A stretch of DNA of 64,000 nucleotides from a bacterium HR15 (lineage in GTDB: Bacteria > Armatimonadota > Fimbriimonadia > Fimbriimonadales > GBS-DC), in NCBI GenBank assembly GCA_002898555.1, contig BEHR01000003.1:28289-92288 (forward strand), in the 5' to 3' direction. A program made the translations under genes and the position numbers. Positions 1-10,406 of the stretch are shown here, one piece after another (the stretch's first letter is position 1; every line of letters begins with the position of its first letter). The notes under the pieces were generated by a model. That model was not told the DNA's origin. It made no database searches and worked only from the letters and a program-made list of their open reading frames with translations.

Positions 1-106
1 GGAGATGGGATACGGGGCGCGCATTAAAGCAGGAATTGCGGCGCTCAGGGAGAATTAGTTCGTCGTATTGGCATCCCGCGAACAGGCGTGGAACAGGAGA
101 AAACCG

Positions 107-1408
107 ATGGCGAAACAACCGAGTGCAGCAGTTGGGATTGATATAGGCACGCGCTTTATCAAGGTGGCGGAGGTACGGGCGGGCAAACCACCCGTGTTGA
201 CCAATGTGGGCATCGCGCCCACGCCAGAGGGCGCGGTGGATGCAGGTGGAGTGATCGACAAAAGCGCGGTCGCGGCGACGCTCAAACGCCTGCTTGCCGA
301 CAGCGGCATCGGCACGAAACAGGCGGTGTTCTCGCTGGCGGGGCAGAACGCGGTGGTTGTGCGCATCCTCGAAGTGCCGCGCATGAACCCCGTCGAACTG
401 CGCAGCCACATGGACTGGGAGATTCAACGCAACATCCCCTTCGCGGATACACGCGTGCAGTCCGCCTATGAAATCATTCATCGTCCTGGCGAAGACCCGC
501 AGGACCCGAACATGGAGGTGGTACTGGCGGTCGCGCAGCAGGACGCGGTGGATGGACTGGTCGATATAGCGGACAAGGTGGGGTTGGAACCGTACGCGAT
601 CGATGTGGAGCCGCTCGCGCTGGGGCGCAGTCTGGTGCTGAGTCCATCCGACATGCAGCAGGGTGCGGTGGTGGTGATTAATCTGGGCGCGAGCGCGACC
701 TCCATCGATATCTATGATCGGGGGCTGCTAAGCTTTCCGCGCGTGCTGCCCACCGGTGGCGACATGATGACCCGCGCGGTCGCCGAGCGATTGATGCTAT
801 CCGAAGCGGAAGCGGAACAGTTGAAAGTGCAGCTGGCTGAGGTGTTGATGGATCAAATTCCCATCGGTACACCGTTTGGCATGCCTGGTGGCGGATTCTA
901 TACTCCCACCTTGGGTGGACCTGCGCCGACCGTTTCGCCCGGCATGCCCTTCGCAGGGAGCGAATCGGCGCCGATACCGGGGCTGGGTGTGTCCGAAGGT
1001 GAGTCAGAAACACCGACAGAAACCCCGCCGTCACCGTTCGAAACGCCCACTGCGCCCGAACCCGAACTGCCCGCGGCACAACCTGCGACCGACGCCCGCA
1101 AGGTGCAGGTGTTTCAAGCCATCTACCCACTACTGGAGGAGCTGGTGAGCGAGATTCGCCGCTCCGTGGAATATTTCCGCAGCCGCCACACGGATGTCGA
1201 AATCCATCAGATTTTGCTTTGCGGAGGTGGCGCGGTCATCCCGAACCTCGACCAGTTCATCGCGACCTCCATCGGCATCCCTACGAGTATCGCCAACCCC
1301 TTGCGCGGCGTGCAACTCAATGTGAAACGGCATGGACCAGAATATGTTGCGGCGCACGCCCATCTGCTCGCCGTCGCCATCGGGATGGGCATGCACCCAT
1401 ACTTTTGA
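107..1408 (+). CDS. pilM: Type IV pilus assembly protein PilM
   Basis: GIDIG..IKV start, NLGA..T and LCGGGA actin-fold motifs, AVAIGM end; AGGAGA RBS before ATG107; Pro/Gly-rich insertion. Confidence 0.92.
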   Translation: MAKQPSAAVGIDIGTRFIKVAEVRAGKPPVLTNVGIAPTPEGAVDAGGVIDKSAVAATLKRLLADSGIGTKQAVFSLAGQNAVVVRILEVPRMNPVELRSHMDWEIQRNIPFADTRVQSAYEIIHRPGEDPQDPNMEVVLAVAQQDAVDGLVDIADKVGLEPYAIDVEPLALGRSLVLSPSDMQQGAVVVINLGASATSIDIYDRGLLSFPRVLPTGGDMMTRAVAERLMLSEAEAEQLKVQLAEVLMDQIPIGTPFGMPGGGFYTPTLGGPAPTVSPGMPFAGSESAPIPGLGVSEGESETPTETPPSPFETPTAPEPELPAAQPATDARKVQVFQAIYPLLEELVSEIRRSVEYFRSRHTDVEIHQILLCGGGAVIPNLDQFIATSIGIPTSIANPLRGVQLNVKRHGPEYVAAHAHLLAVAIGMGMHPYF

Positions 1409-1423
1409 GGAGGCAAGCCGAAC

Positions 1424-2302
1424 ATGAAACTGAACCTTGTGCCCGATTATGTACGCCAGCGGAAGGTCAACAAGCAGATTGTCGCCTTGCTGGTCGTGCT
1501 TTTTGTCGTGGTCAACGCGGCGATGGTGTTCTGGATGATCCAGACCCAGAGCCGCCTGGCGGAGTTGCAGGAAGAAAAAACCACGCTGGAGGCGCAGGCA
1601 AGCCAGGTCGATCAGTATGTGCAACAGGCACAGGAGCTAATCCAAAATGCCCAGCTCAAATTGGCGAAGTCGGAGTTTGTCAAAATGATTGAACGGCAGA
1701 ACCTGCGCTATCCCGAGCTTTATGGTCAAGTGGCGCAATATACCTCGCCGCGTGTGCGCTACTACCAGCTGCAAGTATCACAGGGCAATCAGCTCCAAAT
1801 CACTGCCTTTACGAAAGGACCAAAAGAGATAGGGCTGTATTTGCAGACGATGTATCAGTGCCCGCTCTTTAGTGCGGTGAGCCTGACCACGCAGACACCC
1901 GGCTATGCGACAGGCGGCGGCACAGGATCAGGCGCGTTGCCTGGTTTTGGCATTAGTGGCGGTGCGCCTGCGGGACCCACCATCGGCGGTTTAACAGGGG
2001 CAAGCGGTGGCGGCGCGCCATCCCCTCCTCCTTCCTTTGGCGCCCCTGCCGGCATGGGCTTGGGAGGCGCAGCCGGTCAGGCGGCATCCCCAGCAGGGCT
2101 AATGCAGTTTCAAGTGGTCGCTATCTTGAAAGAGCCTGTCACCCCGTTGCAACCACCTGCCCAGTTGGGCATTGGTGCAGCAGGCGGTATGGGCGGGATC
2201 GGCGGTGGCTTCGGCGGCCCGCCCATGATGGCGCCTGGACCTGTCCCGGGCGCAGCCCCCGGCGGACCGGGCTTGCGCGGGCGTGGTGGCGTCGGACTCT
2301 GA
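1424..2302 (+). CDS. pilN: PilN-like protein
   Basis: KLNLVP (INLLP-like) motif, TM helix, coiled coil; follows pilM. Confidence 0.75.
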   Translation: MKLNLVPDYVRQRKVNKQIVALLVVLFVVVNAAMVFWMIQTQSRLAELQEEKTTLEAQASQVDQYVQQAQELIQNAQLKLAKSEFVKMIERQNLRYPELYGQVAQYTSPRVRYYQLQVSQGNQLQITAFTKGPKEIGLYLQTMYQCPLFSAVSLTTQTPGYATGGGTGSGALPGFGISGGAPAGPTIGGLTGASGGGAPSPPPSFGAPAGMGLGGAAGQAASPAGLMQFQVVAILKEPVTPLQPPAQLGIGAAGGMGGIGGGFGGPPMMAPGPVPGAAPGGPGLRGRGGVGL

Positions 2303-2315
2303 AGGAGTGAGAGCG

Positions 2316-3056
2316 ATGAAGGGATTAACTCTCTTTGCGAAGGTCTCTATTGGGCTGGTCTCCACCATTGTGGTTGCGGCAGCAATCTATCTGTTGGGCA
2401 TCCGCCCCACAGCCCAAAACATTGCCTACCATGAAACTTATAACGAGAGCCTGCGTCAGAAAGCGGCGTTGATTCCGCAAGCGCAGGCGCTCGTGCAGGC
2501 AGCGGAGCGTAAGGTGAAGGAGGCGGAAGCCACGCTTGCCGTTATCCAGCGAAAGCGCATGCCGAAAAGCACCATCAATCTCGCGAACCGATTGCAAGCA
2601 TGGGTGCAGTGGCACGAAATGGTGCGCGAAATCGGCAAGAAACTGGAAGCATGGCCGGTCAAAACAGGCGTGGTGCCCCTTTATGCGGTGCAACTGCCAG
2701 GTCCGCCCACCGATCCGAACCAGATTCCGGAACTGGTGCTGGTGTTCCCTATCGGGCAGGTGCAAGTACGCGCCTCCTCCTTCAACGCCCTGCTCAACCA
2801 TGTGCGCAAGTGGAACGAGGTTCCTAACCTGCTGGTGCTGGCGGATGGGCTGGCGATTCAAGGCACCAGCCCGAACCTGATAGGAACCTATACCCTGACC
2901 GTTTTCGTCTACCCTTTGGGGCCGGCGGGACCCGCTGTCCCTTCTGGCAGTGGCGGTGGTGCAGGTGGTGGGATGCCTGGTGGTTTCGGCGGTGGGTTCA
3001 GCGGTCCCCCCGCAGCAGGCGGCGCACCTCCTGCTGGATTCGGTCCCGGCATTTAG
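2316..3056 (+). CDS. PilO-like protein
   Basis: N-terminal TM + coiled coil; operon position; GAAGGAG RBS. Confidence 0.6.
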   Translation: MKGLTLFAKVSIGLVSTIVVAAAIYLLGIRPTAQNIAYHETYNESLRQKAALIPQAQALVQAAERKVKEAEATLAVIQRKRMPKSTINLANRLQAWVQWHEMVREIGKKLEAWPVKTGVVPLYAVQLPGPPTDPNQIPELVLVFPIGQVQVRASSFNALLNHVRKWNEVPNLLVLADGLAIQGTSPNLIGTYTLTVFVYPLGPAGPAVPSGSGGGAGGGMPGGFGGGFSGPPAAGGAPPAGFGPGI

Positions 3057-3094
3057 ACCATGTAAGACACATGGTACAATAGGAGTGGGACACG

Positions 3095-3817
3095 ATGAAA
3101 AAAGAAACGCAGATCGCCTTAGCGGTAGCGGTGGTGTTGCTCGTGGTGATTGCCATCGCAGCGATCTTCATGCTGACTGGCGGGGGTGGCGAGCAGACGC
3201 AACCGACTCAGCCGCCTGTGGCGCAGCCACCTCCGATGCAACCGCCGACCATGGGCCCGAGTCAGCCCTCCGTTCCGAATTTGATGCCGCCGTCCCAGCA
3301 GTCCACGCCACAGCAGGTGGCGATTCGCCCGCGCAAGGACCCCTTCGCGCTTTTGCCCGAAGAGGTGGAAGCGATGCAGGCGGACGCCTTCACCCGCGCA
3401 CCGTTTGCGCTGGTGGCAAGCCCACCACCACCTCCCAAAGTGGAGCTTCCCGAACCATATGAACCGCAGCCCAAGCGGCGTGTGGCGGGTATCATTCTGG
3501 GTCAGACCGTCTCGGCGATTCTGGAGCAAGAGGGCGAGCTGCCCCAAATCGTCTATCCTGGCGATATGGTGGGCGAATTTCGGGTCGCCGCCATCACCCC
3601 AGAAGGAGTTATCTTGCGGCGGTCGAAAGGGAATCCACGCGAGGTGCGCGTGCCCTATGAGCCGCCCGGTGTGGCGATGGGTGGTGGCGCGGCAGCCCCC
3701 GGCGGAGGCGCAGGTGCTCCTGGTGCGCCCGGTATACCCGGCGCGCCTGGACCAGGTATTGGCACACCCTCAGGCGGGCGCGGTGGACCACGAGGCGGCG
3801 GCGCACCCGGAATCTGA
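3095..3817 (+). CDS. PilP/GspC-like protein
   Basis: TM anchor, RKDPF motif, VYPGDMVGEFRVAAITPEGVIL beta domain. Confidence 0.6.
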   Translation: MKKETQIALAVAVVLLVVIAIAAIFMLTGGGGEQTQPTQPPVAQPPPMQPPTMGPSQPSVPNLMPPSQQSTPQQVAIRPRKDPFALLPEEVEAMQADAFTRAPFALVASPPPPPKVELPEPYEPQPKRRVAGIILGQTVSAILEQEGELPQIVYPGDMVGEFRVAAITPEGVILRRSKGNPREVRVPYEPPGVAMGGGAAAPGGGAGAPGAPGIPGAPGPGIGTPSGGRGGPRGGGAPGI

Positions 3818-3871
3818 GCGCATGAAACATCACAGCGTCTGAAGCGTATAACTCTGTGGAGGTAGAGAACA

Positions 3872-4612
3872 ATGACACGAACGCTGATGTGGTTGATAGT
3901 GAGCGGATTGCTGCTTGTCGGAGCTGTCGCGTTAGCGCAGGAAGGCGGCGGGCAGCCCGACCTATCGCAAAAGCGTGTCACGGTCAAATATGACCAGGCG
4001 GACATCCGCTATGTGCTGAAGCAGCTGTTCGAGAGCGTCGGTGCGAACTATTCCATCGACCCACAGGTGCAGGGTACCGTGACTGTCTCGCTCACCGATG
4101 TGCCCTTTGAGGTCGCCCTGAACACCATTCTGCGCCAGCTCGATTTGACCTACCGCATCGAGAACGGCGTCTACTATGTCACTGTCCGCAAGCCGGAGGA
4201 GCCAACCACTCCCGCGGCTGGACCAGCCCCTGAGGAGACTGCACCCCAGGTCAATCTGCCCGAAAAAATTCAGCTGAACACCGCCAATCCATATCTGATC
4301 GCCGCCCTGCTGGGCGCTACCGTGGTTCCCTATAGCCAGTATGAGTTAGGTAGTACCGGTGGTTTTGGTGGTGGCTTCGGTGGTTTTGGTGGTGGCTTCG
4401 GCGGCTTTGGTGGCTTCCCTGGTGGCGGTTTTGGTGGCTTCGGTGGCTATGGTGGTTTTGGTGGTGGCTTCGGCGGTTTTGGCGGCTTCGGTGGTGGCTT
4501 CGGTGGCTTTGGTGGTTTCGGTGGCGGCTTTGGGGGCTTCCCCGGTGGCGGTGGCTTCGGTGGCGGCTTCGGACGCGGCGGCGGTGGCTTCGGTGGCGGC
4601 TTCGGACGCTGA
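3872..4612 (+). CDS. Secreted secretin/TonB N-terminal (STN/N0) domain protein with GGF-repeat tail
   Basis: Signal peptide; ADIRYVLKQLF..IDPQVQGTVTVSLTDVPFEVAL; ~85-aa GGF repeat; no secretin barrel. Confidence 0.75.
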   Translation: MTRTLMWLIVSGLLLVGAVALAQEGGGQPDLSQKRVTVKYDQADIRYVLKQLFESVGANYSIDPQVQGTVTVSLTDVPFEVALNTILRQLDLTYRIENGVYYVTVRKPEEPTTPAAGPAPEETAPQVNLPEKIQLNTANPYLIAALLGATVVPYSQYELGSTGGFGGGFGGFGGGFGGFGGFPGGGFGGFGGYGGFGGGFGGFGGFGGGFGGFGGFGGGFGGFPGGGGFGGGFGRGGGGFGGGFGR

Positions 4613-4707
4613 CACCCAGAAGGAGTTGGGCATGAGGGATTGGGGATTAGGAGCTCGAATAAGGGGCTAATCCCTCATGCCCGCAACATGGAGGAGGACA
4701 AACAGCA

Positions 4708-6339
4708 ATGAGAAAGGATATGCGACGGATCGTTACAGCAGGAGTAGTTGCTGCGCTGGTCAACCTGGTCGCCTGGGGCATGGAAGATCTGGTCACAGTG
4801 AACCTGATGGACGCAGATCTCATCTCGGCGGTGCGCGCAATTGCCCAGCATGCGAATGTGGAGGTGGTGTTCGAACCGACGGATCAGCCTTACAAAAAAA
4901 TCAGCTTTTTGAAGCTGGAGCGGAAACCGTTTGAGCAGGCGCTGGGCTATATCTGTCAGGCGGCGGGCGCGACCTATCGTAAGGAGGCAAATGGCGTCTA
5001 TGTGATAGGTCCTGCACGCCCTAAGCCAGAGACCCAGCCAGCGGTGGTTACCGCACCTGCCACAGAAGCGCCGAAACCACAGATCATTACTGAACCCATC
5101 CGGTTGCGCTATAGTCGTCCGTCCGATATCAAACGCATGATAGAGACCGAAATGATGACGGATGATCCCTTTGCTGAGCTACGCGACTTTGTCAATCGCG
5201 CTATCTACCAGAGCACGCCCGGGATGCACATGCCCGTGCCGCCTGCTGTGCCACTGAAGATGAATGGGAACTCCCTTGTGCCGTTTAATGCAACTCCGCC
5301 TGCGCCTTCTACCACTCCCGTACAACCGCCTGTCGACAGTGGGGAAGGTCAATATGTGGGTGGTCGAGGCGGACGCGGCTTTGGTCAGCCGGGAGGGGGC
5401 TTCGGTCAACCCGGTGGCGGCTTTGGTCAGCCGGGTGGCCCAGGCGGTTTTGGTCAACCGGGTGGTCCAGGTGGCTTTGGTCAGCCCAGTGGGGGCGTCT
5501 CTATCTTTCAACCTGAGGGTTTGCAGGGTATCTTCGCCAACGATGCTGATAATTCGCTCATTGTGCAGGGCACACCTGAAGCGATTGAGTACATTCGTCG
5601 CATCCTGCGCTTCATCGATATCGCGCCCAAGCAGGTGCTTATCCGTGCGGAGTTTGTCACCGTCTCCCGCAACGATGCCGAAAAGTTCGGAATCGATTGG
5701 AATCTGGCGCGAGTCAATTTGACAGCCGGTGCCAGCGGTATGGCAGATCGCACAGCACCTGTCTTCGTCAACTATGCGACGGGCAATTTGGCAGCTAATC
5801 TGCGGGCGCTAATTAGCCAAGGACGTGGGCGCGTGGTGAATGCTCCCATCGTCACAACGATGAATAATAGCCCTGCGACCGTGTTCTTCTCCACGACCGA
5901 TTACATCGAACAACAGGTGGTCATCTTCGATCAGAACGGTCGCCCAACCGTTTTCTCTCAGCCTTTTCCTGTGCCCGTGCCCACTCAGTTGACCGTGACT
6001 CCACGCGTTAATGCGGATGGCACCATCACCCTCACCCTCTTCCCACAGATATCGACGGTGGGGCGGGTACAGGTCGGCACCAATCTGTTGCCGCGTTTTG
6101 ATACCCAGTTTGTCTTTACGGTACGCCGTATCAAGAACGGCGAGACAATGGTGCTGGGTGGCTTGGTTAGCCGAACCGATAACAGCACAACCCTCAAGGT
6201 GCCTATACTGGGTGATTTGCCGCTGATTGGGCAATTCTTCCGCAGCAAGGATCGGGCGGTTGTGGAGAACGAGTTGCTCATCTTCGTCACCGCCACGGTC
6301 ATCGAGGATGACACGCCTTCGGGTGGACTTGCCCCATAG
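4708..6339 (+). CDS. pilQ: Secretin (PilQ/GspD family)
   Basis: QVLIRAEFV, GETMVLGGL, KVPILGDLPLIGQFF, ELLIFVT motifs. Confidence 0.88.
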   Translation: MRKDMRRIVTAGVVAALVNLVAWGMEDLVTVNLMDADLISAVRAIAQHANVEVVFEPTDQPYKKISFLKLERKPFEQALGYICQAAGATYRKEANGVYVIGPARPKPETQPAVVTAPATEAPKPQIITEPIRLRYSRPSDIKRMIETEMMTDDPFAELRDFVNRAIYQSTPGMHMPVPPAVPLKMNGNSLVPFNATPPAPSTTPVQPPVDSGEGQYVGGRGGRGFGQPGGGFGQPGGGFGQPGGPGGFGQPGGPGGFGQPSGGVSIFQPEGLQGIFANDADNSLIVQGTPEAIEYIRRILRFIDIAPKQVLIRAEFVTVSRNDAEKFGIDWNLARVNLTAGASGMADRTAPVFVNYATGNLAANLRALISQGRGRVVNAPIVTTMNNSPATVFFSTTDYIEQQVVIFDQNGRPTVFSQPFPVPVPTQLTVTPRVNADGTITLTLFPQISTVGRVQVGTNLLPRFDTQFVFTVRRIKNGETMVLGGLVSRTDNSTTLKVPILGDLPLIGQFFRSKDRAVVENELLIFVTATVIEDDTPSGGLAP

Positions 6340-6361
6340 GGCAGGTTCGGAAAGTAGCGCT

Positions 6362-6399
6362 ATTCAGCAGGGGTTCAAACAGCCCCTGCTGAATTTTAT
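6362..6399 (+). terminator. Intrinsic terminator
   Basis: attcagcagggg/cccctgctgaat stem followed by T-rich tail. Confidence 0.7.
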
Positions 6400-6405
6400 T
6401 GGGTG

Positions 6406-8016
6406 ATGCGCTTCGTCTTTCTAACTGGCAATATGGGCGCGGGCAAAAGTGTTGTTGGACGCGCGCTTGCCGAGCAGCTGGGCTGCCCCTTCTACGATAC
6501 AGATATCCTGATCGAGGCAGCCGCTGGCATGCGCATCGCCCACATCTTCACGCAGCGGGGCGAAGCACGCTTCCGACAGATGGAACATCAGCAATTGCGT
6601 CGACTGGTACGGCAGCCGCCGGGTGTCGTCGCGACAGGTGGCGGTATAGTAATAGACTCGCGCAATCGTGCCTTGATGCGCCGGCATGGCTGGGTTCTCT
6701 ATTTGCAGGCGCGTCCAGAAACGCTCGCTGCGCGTATTGAAAACCCCGATTCGCGCCCCTTGCTCCAAACCGCCACCACGCCCCAGCAAGCGTTGCAACA
6801 AATCGCCCAGCAGCGCGAACCCTTCTATCAGGAAGCCGATTGGATAATAGAAACGGATACGCTAACACCCGAACAGGTCATGGAGCAGCTGCAACGGCTC
6901 GTTGCCCCTACGCCCGAATCGCCTCTGCTTATTCCTGCACCGCGAAGCGAGGTTCTGCTTGCGCCCGGCATCCGACGCCAGATAGCGAATTCCCTGCTGA
7001 AGCGTGCGCGCCCCAGCCGCACCGTTGTGCTGACCCATCCCGTGCTAAAAGCCGAAGGCGAAAAGTTAGCGCAATCTTTGCAAGCACATAATGTCCCCGC
7101 TACACTTCTGATAGTCCCGGCAGGAGAGCGATTCAAAACCATGCGCACCGCCATGCGCCTCTATCGTGCGCTACTGACAGCACAGCTGGATCGGCGTAGC
7201 GTTATCATCGTGCTGGGCGGTGGCGTTTTGGGCGACTTGGGCGGCTTCGTGGCAGCCACTTACCTGCGCGGAATCCCCTTCGTGCAGCTCCCTACCACTT
7301 TGCTGGCACAGGTGGACGCGAGCATCGGGGGCAAGGTCGCTATCGACATGCCTGAAGGCAAGAACCTCGTTGGGGCGTTTCATCAGCCCCTGATGGTGCT
7401 AACTGATCCGGAGCTGCTCTGCTCACTGCCCACGCGCCAGTGGCGCAACGGATTGGCGGAGATGCTGAAATACGGCATCGTCTTCGATCGGGGGTTGTGG
7501 TTGCGTCTGCAAACAATGATTGAGCGGCAGGTAATCCGTCAGCGACGCATTCGCAAGGAGCCAGAGGAATGGCTGATCCCCATCGCGCGTTGCATCGCAC
7601 TGAAAGCGCAGATTGTCGCGCAGGACGAGCGTGACGAGCGCGGTCTGCGTGCCCTGCTCAACTTCGGGCATACGGTCGGGCACGCGATAGAAGCTGTGCT
7701 GGGCTACCGACAATGGTTGCATGGCGAAGCGGTCGCCGCCGGAATGTATGCCGAGGCGGTGCTGGGCATGCTGCTGGGCATCACACCTGCCGAAGTGGTG
7801 GACGCGCTGGAGCAAACCCTTCGTGCGGTGGGATTGCCCACCCGACTGCCCGCCCTACCCACTGAACGCCTGCTGGGTGCGATGCAATATGATAAGAAGC
7901 GGGTAGGTGAACGATGGCAGGTCGTACTGCTTCGCGCGATAGGACAAGCCCAGTTGATGCCTGATGTGCCCATCGAAACGATGCGAGAGGCACTGAGACG
8001 ATGCGGAGCGCAATAG
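6406..8016 (+). CDS. aroB: Fused shikimate kinase / 3-dehydroquinate synthase (AroK-AroB)
   Basis: GNMGAGKS, ATGGG; GGGVLGDLGGF, PTTLLAQVDASIGGK, LNFGHT. Confidence 0.95.
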   Translation: MRFVFLTGNMGAGKSVVGRALAEQLGCPFYDTDILIEAAAGMRIAHIFTQRGEARFRQMEHQQLRRLVRQPPGVVATGGGIVIDSRNRALMRRHGWVLYLQARPETLAARIENPDSRPLLQTATTPQQALQQIAQQREPFYQEADWIIETDTLTPEQVMEQLQRLVAPTPESPLLIPAPRSEVLLAPGIRRQIANSLLKRARPSRTVVLTHPVLKAEGEKLAQSLQAHNVPATLLIVPAGERFKTMRTAMRLYRALLTAQLDRRSVIIVLGGGVLGDLGGFVAATYLRGIPFVQLPTTLLAQVDASIGGKVAIDMPEGKNLVGAFHQPLMVLTDPELLCSLPTRQWRNGLAEMLKYGIVFDRGLWLRLQTMIERQVIRQRRIRKEPEEWLIPIARCIALKAQIVAQDERDERGLRALLNFGHTVGHAIEAVLGYRQWLHGEAVAAGMYAEAVLGMLLGITPAEVVDALEQTLRAVGLPTRLPALPTERLLGAMQYDKKRVGERWQVVLLRAIGQAQLMPDVPIETMREALRRCGAQ

Positions 8017-9422
8017 CGATCGGCTGGCTGATTGTCGCGCTGCTGGGCTTCTTCAGCGGAAACTTGCTGAATCTAAGTCCCGACGACCTGCTTGCGCGTG
8101 TGGGCATGGGACTGTACGCGCTGCTCCTAACGATCAGCTTGATCGTCGCGATTCTGACCCGTTTGCGGCGGACAAAAGGCACACCCAAGGCAGAGGGTGT
8201 GTCCAGGGACTATTTCTCCAAGCTTGTTATTTGTTTTTTGCTCTTTGCACTGCTTATGCCGAAGCTTGCCTGCGCGCAGTCGCTGGACGAGTCCCTCAAC
8301 CCCGTTTTCCCCTCGCGCTTTACGGCGGCTGCATCGCATGAGGGCGTTTGGGAGTATCGCTTGGAGTTTCCCAGTGCTTTTGTCAGCCCCTACCCGACGA
8401 ACAACACGGTGTATGCGCGGTGGTTGGTGCCGCAGATGTCCCCTGACAAGGCGAACAGACACCTGCCCGTCGTGATTCTGCTCCACAGTTTGGGTATTCG
8501 CCAGCCGGTGCTGGAGATGTCGCTTGCCCGCGAGTTGCTCAGGCACCAGATTGCGGTGCTGCTATTGACCCTGCCTTATCACATGGAACGCACGCCGCCG
8601 GGCTACGACAGTGGCGACCTGATTCTGCAAGGCGATGTGCCCCTCTTGCGCAGCGCGCTGATTCAGGCGGTGTGGGATGTGCGTCGCGCGATAGACTGGC
8701 TCGCGCGTCAGCCCGAGGTAGACCCTACGCGCATCGCATTAGTCGGTATCAGTCTGGGAGCGATTATGGGCGCGACGGCGCTTGGTGTGGAGCCGCGCCT
8801 GCACAGCGCGGTGCTCATTCTGGGTGGTGTTGATTTGGCGCATATTCTATGGCACTCCATCTTAGCCGTTCGCACGCGTATGCACCTGCGCGAACAGGGC
8901 TACACATTGTCGCGCCTGCGGGAGGCGATGGCTGATGTGGAGCCGATGCATCGGCTGACGCCCGCACTGGGCGAGAAAACCTTTGTGGTTGGGGCACGCT
9001 TCGATATTGTGGTGCCGACGGAAGATACCGAGAAGCTCATCCGCGCGCTGGGCAACCCGCGCGTGTTCTGGCTGAACACAGGGCACTTCGGGGGCGCGTT
9101 GGTGCAGCGTCCGCTCTTTCGGATGATACGGCGCTATCTGGTCGCCCGTTTTCGGGGCATCGAACCCCCGGTGGAAGCCGTCCCGCTGGTGCCGACCGTG
9201 CGTATCGGCGCGATTTATAGCACGGAGCGCGATTTCCGACTGGCGATGGGAGTGGACATCTGGCGATCCGATAAGCGCGGCACCCTGTTCGTAACGGGCG
9301 TGCTAACGCCGCGTGGCAGCTCGCTGTTTGCAGGCGTGCGGTTGCGACTGGGTTTTTCCGCTGGCGTGGAGATCACCGCTCGACGCACCACCGGCGCCAT
9401 CTTCTGGCACTTCGTGCTGTGA
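8001..9422 (+). CDS. Membrane-anchored/secreted alpha/beta hydrolase
   Basis: GISLG nucleophile elbow, FDIVVP, TGH; hydrophobic N-terminus; start uncertain. Confidence 0.75.
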   Translation: MRSAIAIGWLIVALLGFFSGNLLNLSPDDLLARVGMGLYALLLTISLIVAILTRLRRTKGTPKAEGVSRDYFSKLVICFLLFALLMPKLACAQSLDESLNPVFPSRFTAAASHEGVWEYRLEFPSAFVSPYPTNNTVYARWLVPQMSPDKANRHLPVVILLHSLGIRQPVLEMSLARELLRHQIAVLLLTLPYHMERTPPGYDSGDLILQGDVPLLRSALIQAVWDVRRAIDWLARQPEVDPTRIALVGISLGAIMGATALGVEPRLHSAVLILGGVDLAHILWHSILAVRTRMHLREQGYTLSRLREAMADVEPMHRLTPALGEKTFVVGARFDIVVPTEDTEKLIRALGNPRVFWLNTGHFGGALVQRPLFRMIRRYLVARFRGIEPPVEAVPLVPTVRIGAIYSTERDFRLAMGVDIWRSDKRGTLFVTGVLTPRGSSLFAGVRLRLGFSAGVEITARRTTGAIFWHFVL

Positions 9423-9881
9423 AAGGGCGCGCCGCCACTTCTCGCAGAGTTCGAGCGCGTCCCGTGCCGAACGCCACAGCGACTGCTCATAGCGCAACCG
9501 TTCCGCAGGCGAAAGACTCGGTTCCTGCTCTGTCAATTCGGGCACAGGCGTCTCCATATAGGTGCGCACACGCTCAAGGAAGGCATCATACAGCTGCATC
9601 AGCGATGGCTCCACCGCGTCGGGACCCTGATCCAGCCCAATAAGCTCTGCCAGTGTCTGTAGGCAGAACTGGCAGGCTGCCTCACGCACCGCTCGCCAGA
9701 GATGAGGAGGCAAGCGCTGGATCCGTTCAGACCTGCCCCGCTGATAACGCGCTAACTGCACAAAGGCATTCGCCGCCATCTGCACAGGGACGCTCAACAA
9801 GGGCAACTGGAAAGTGTTGGCAATCTCCTGCGCAATCCACCGCTGCGAAAGGGTTGCCCGCTGCCGATTGACCACCTTCAT
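9303..9881 (-). CDS. Hypothetical protein
   Basis: Helical ORF filling the gap; AAAGGGG before ATG; 3' end overlaps hydrolase. Confidence 0.5.
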   Translation of the reverse strand: MKVVNRQRATLSQRWIAQEIANTFQLPLLSVPVQMAANAFVQLARYQRGRSERIQRLPPHLWRAVREAACQFCLQTLAELIGLDQGPDAVEPSLMQLYDAFLERVRTYMETPVPELTEQEPSLSPAERLRYEQSLWRSARDALELCEKWRRALSQHEVPEDGAGGASSGDLHASGKTQSQPHACKQRAATRR

Positions 9882-9911
9882 CCCCTTTAAGGGGCAATAC
9901 CCCCCGCTGAA

Positions 9912-10007
9912 GGCAACACCCATCAGCGGTATAACCCCATCGAGCGTCTATGCCACTGCTTGTTATGATAAAAACACGGCAACACCCATCAGCGGTATAA
10001 CTCCATC
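9912..10007. repeat. Two 30-bp direct repeats separated by 36 bp
   Basis: ggcaacacccatcagcggtataac(c/t)ccatc at 9912-9941 and 9978-10007. Confidence 0.85.
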
Positions 10008-10397
10008 TTAGCGAGCAATCACCTCGTAGGTGCGGAAGTCAGAATGCATCGGTGGCTCCTCCCCACGCTCCTTTGCCTGACGCAGATCCTCAAAGCCGCG
10101 CCGATGCCCCTCCAGAAATTCGGGCGAACGGAGCCAGGCGCGAAAGTGTGCCTCACTCTGCCAATAGCTTACCACCAAGTAAGGCTCACCCTCGCGCTGG
10201 GGACGCAGCACATGCACCCCCAGAAAGCCTGGCATCCGATCAATTGCATGCGCCCGCGTGCGAAACAGCTCCTCAAATCGCTGCCGATAATCGGGCGTGC
10301 AGGTAATGTAGTTGATCGCCACAAAGCCCGCCGCTTGCGGAGTATCAGCATGTTCATCCAGCACCTGTGTCATCTCCTGATCCATCGCCGCCTCCAT
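10008..10397 (-). CDS. ABM-domain monooxygenase (IsdG/HmoA heme-degrading type)
   Basis: FVAIN..FEELFRTR..MPGF..YLVVSYWQSEAHFRAW..F..GH. Confidence 0.82.
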   Translation of the reverse strand: MEAAMDQEMTQVLDEHADTPQAAGFVAINYITCTPDYRQRFEELFRTRAHAIDRMPGFLGVHVLRPQREGEPYLVVSYWQSEAHFRAWLRSPEFLEGHRRGFEDLRQAKERGEEPPMHSDFRTYEVIAR

Positions 10398-10406
10398 TCT
10401 CTATAG

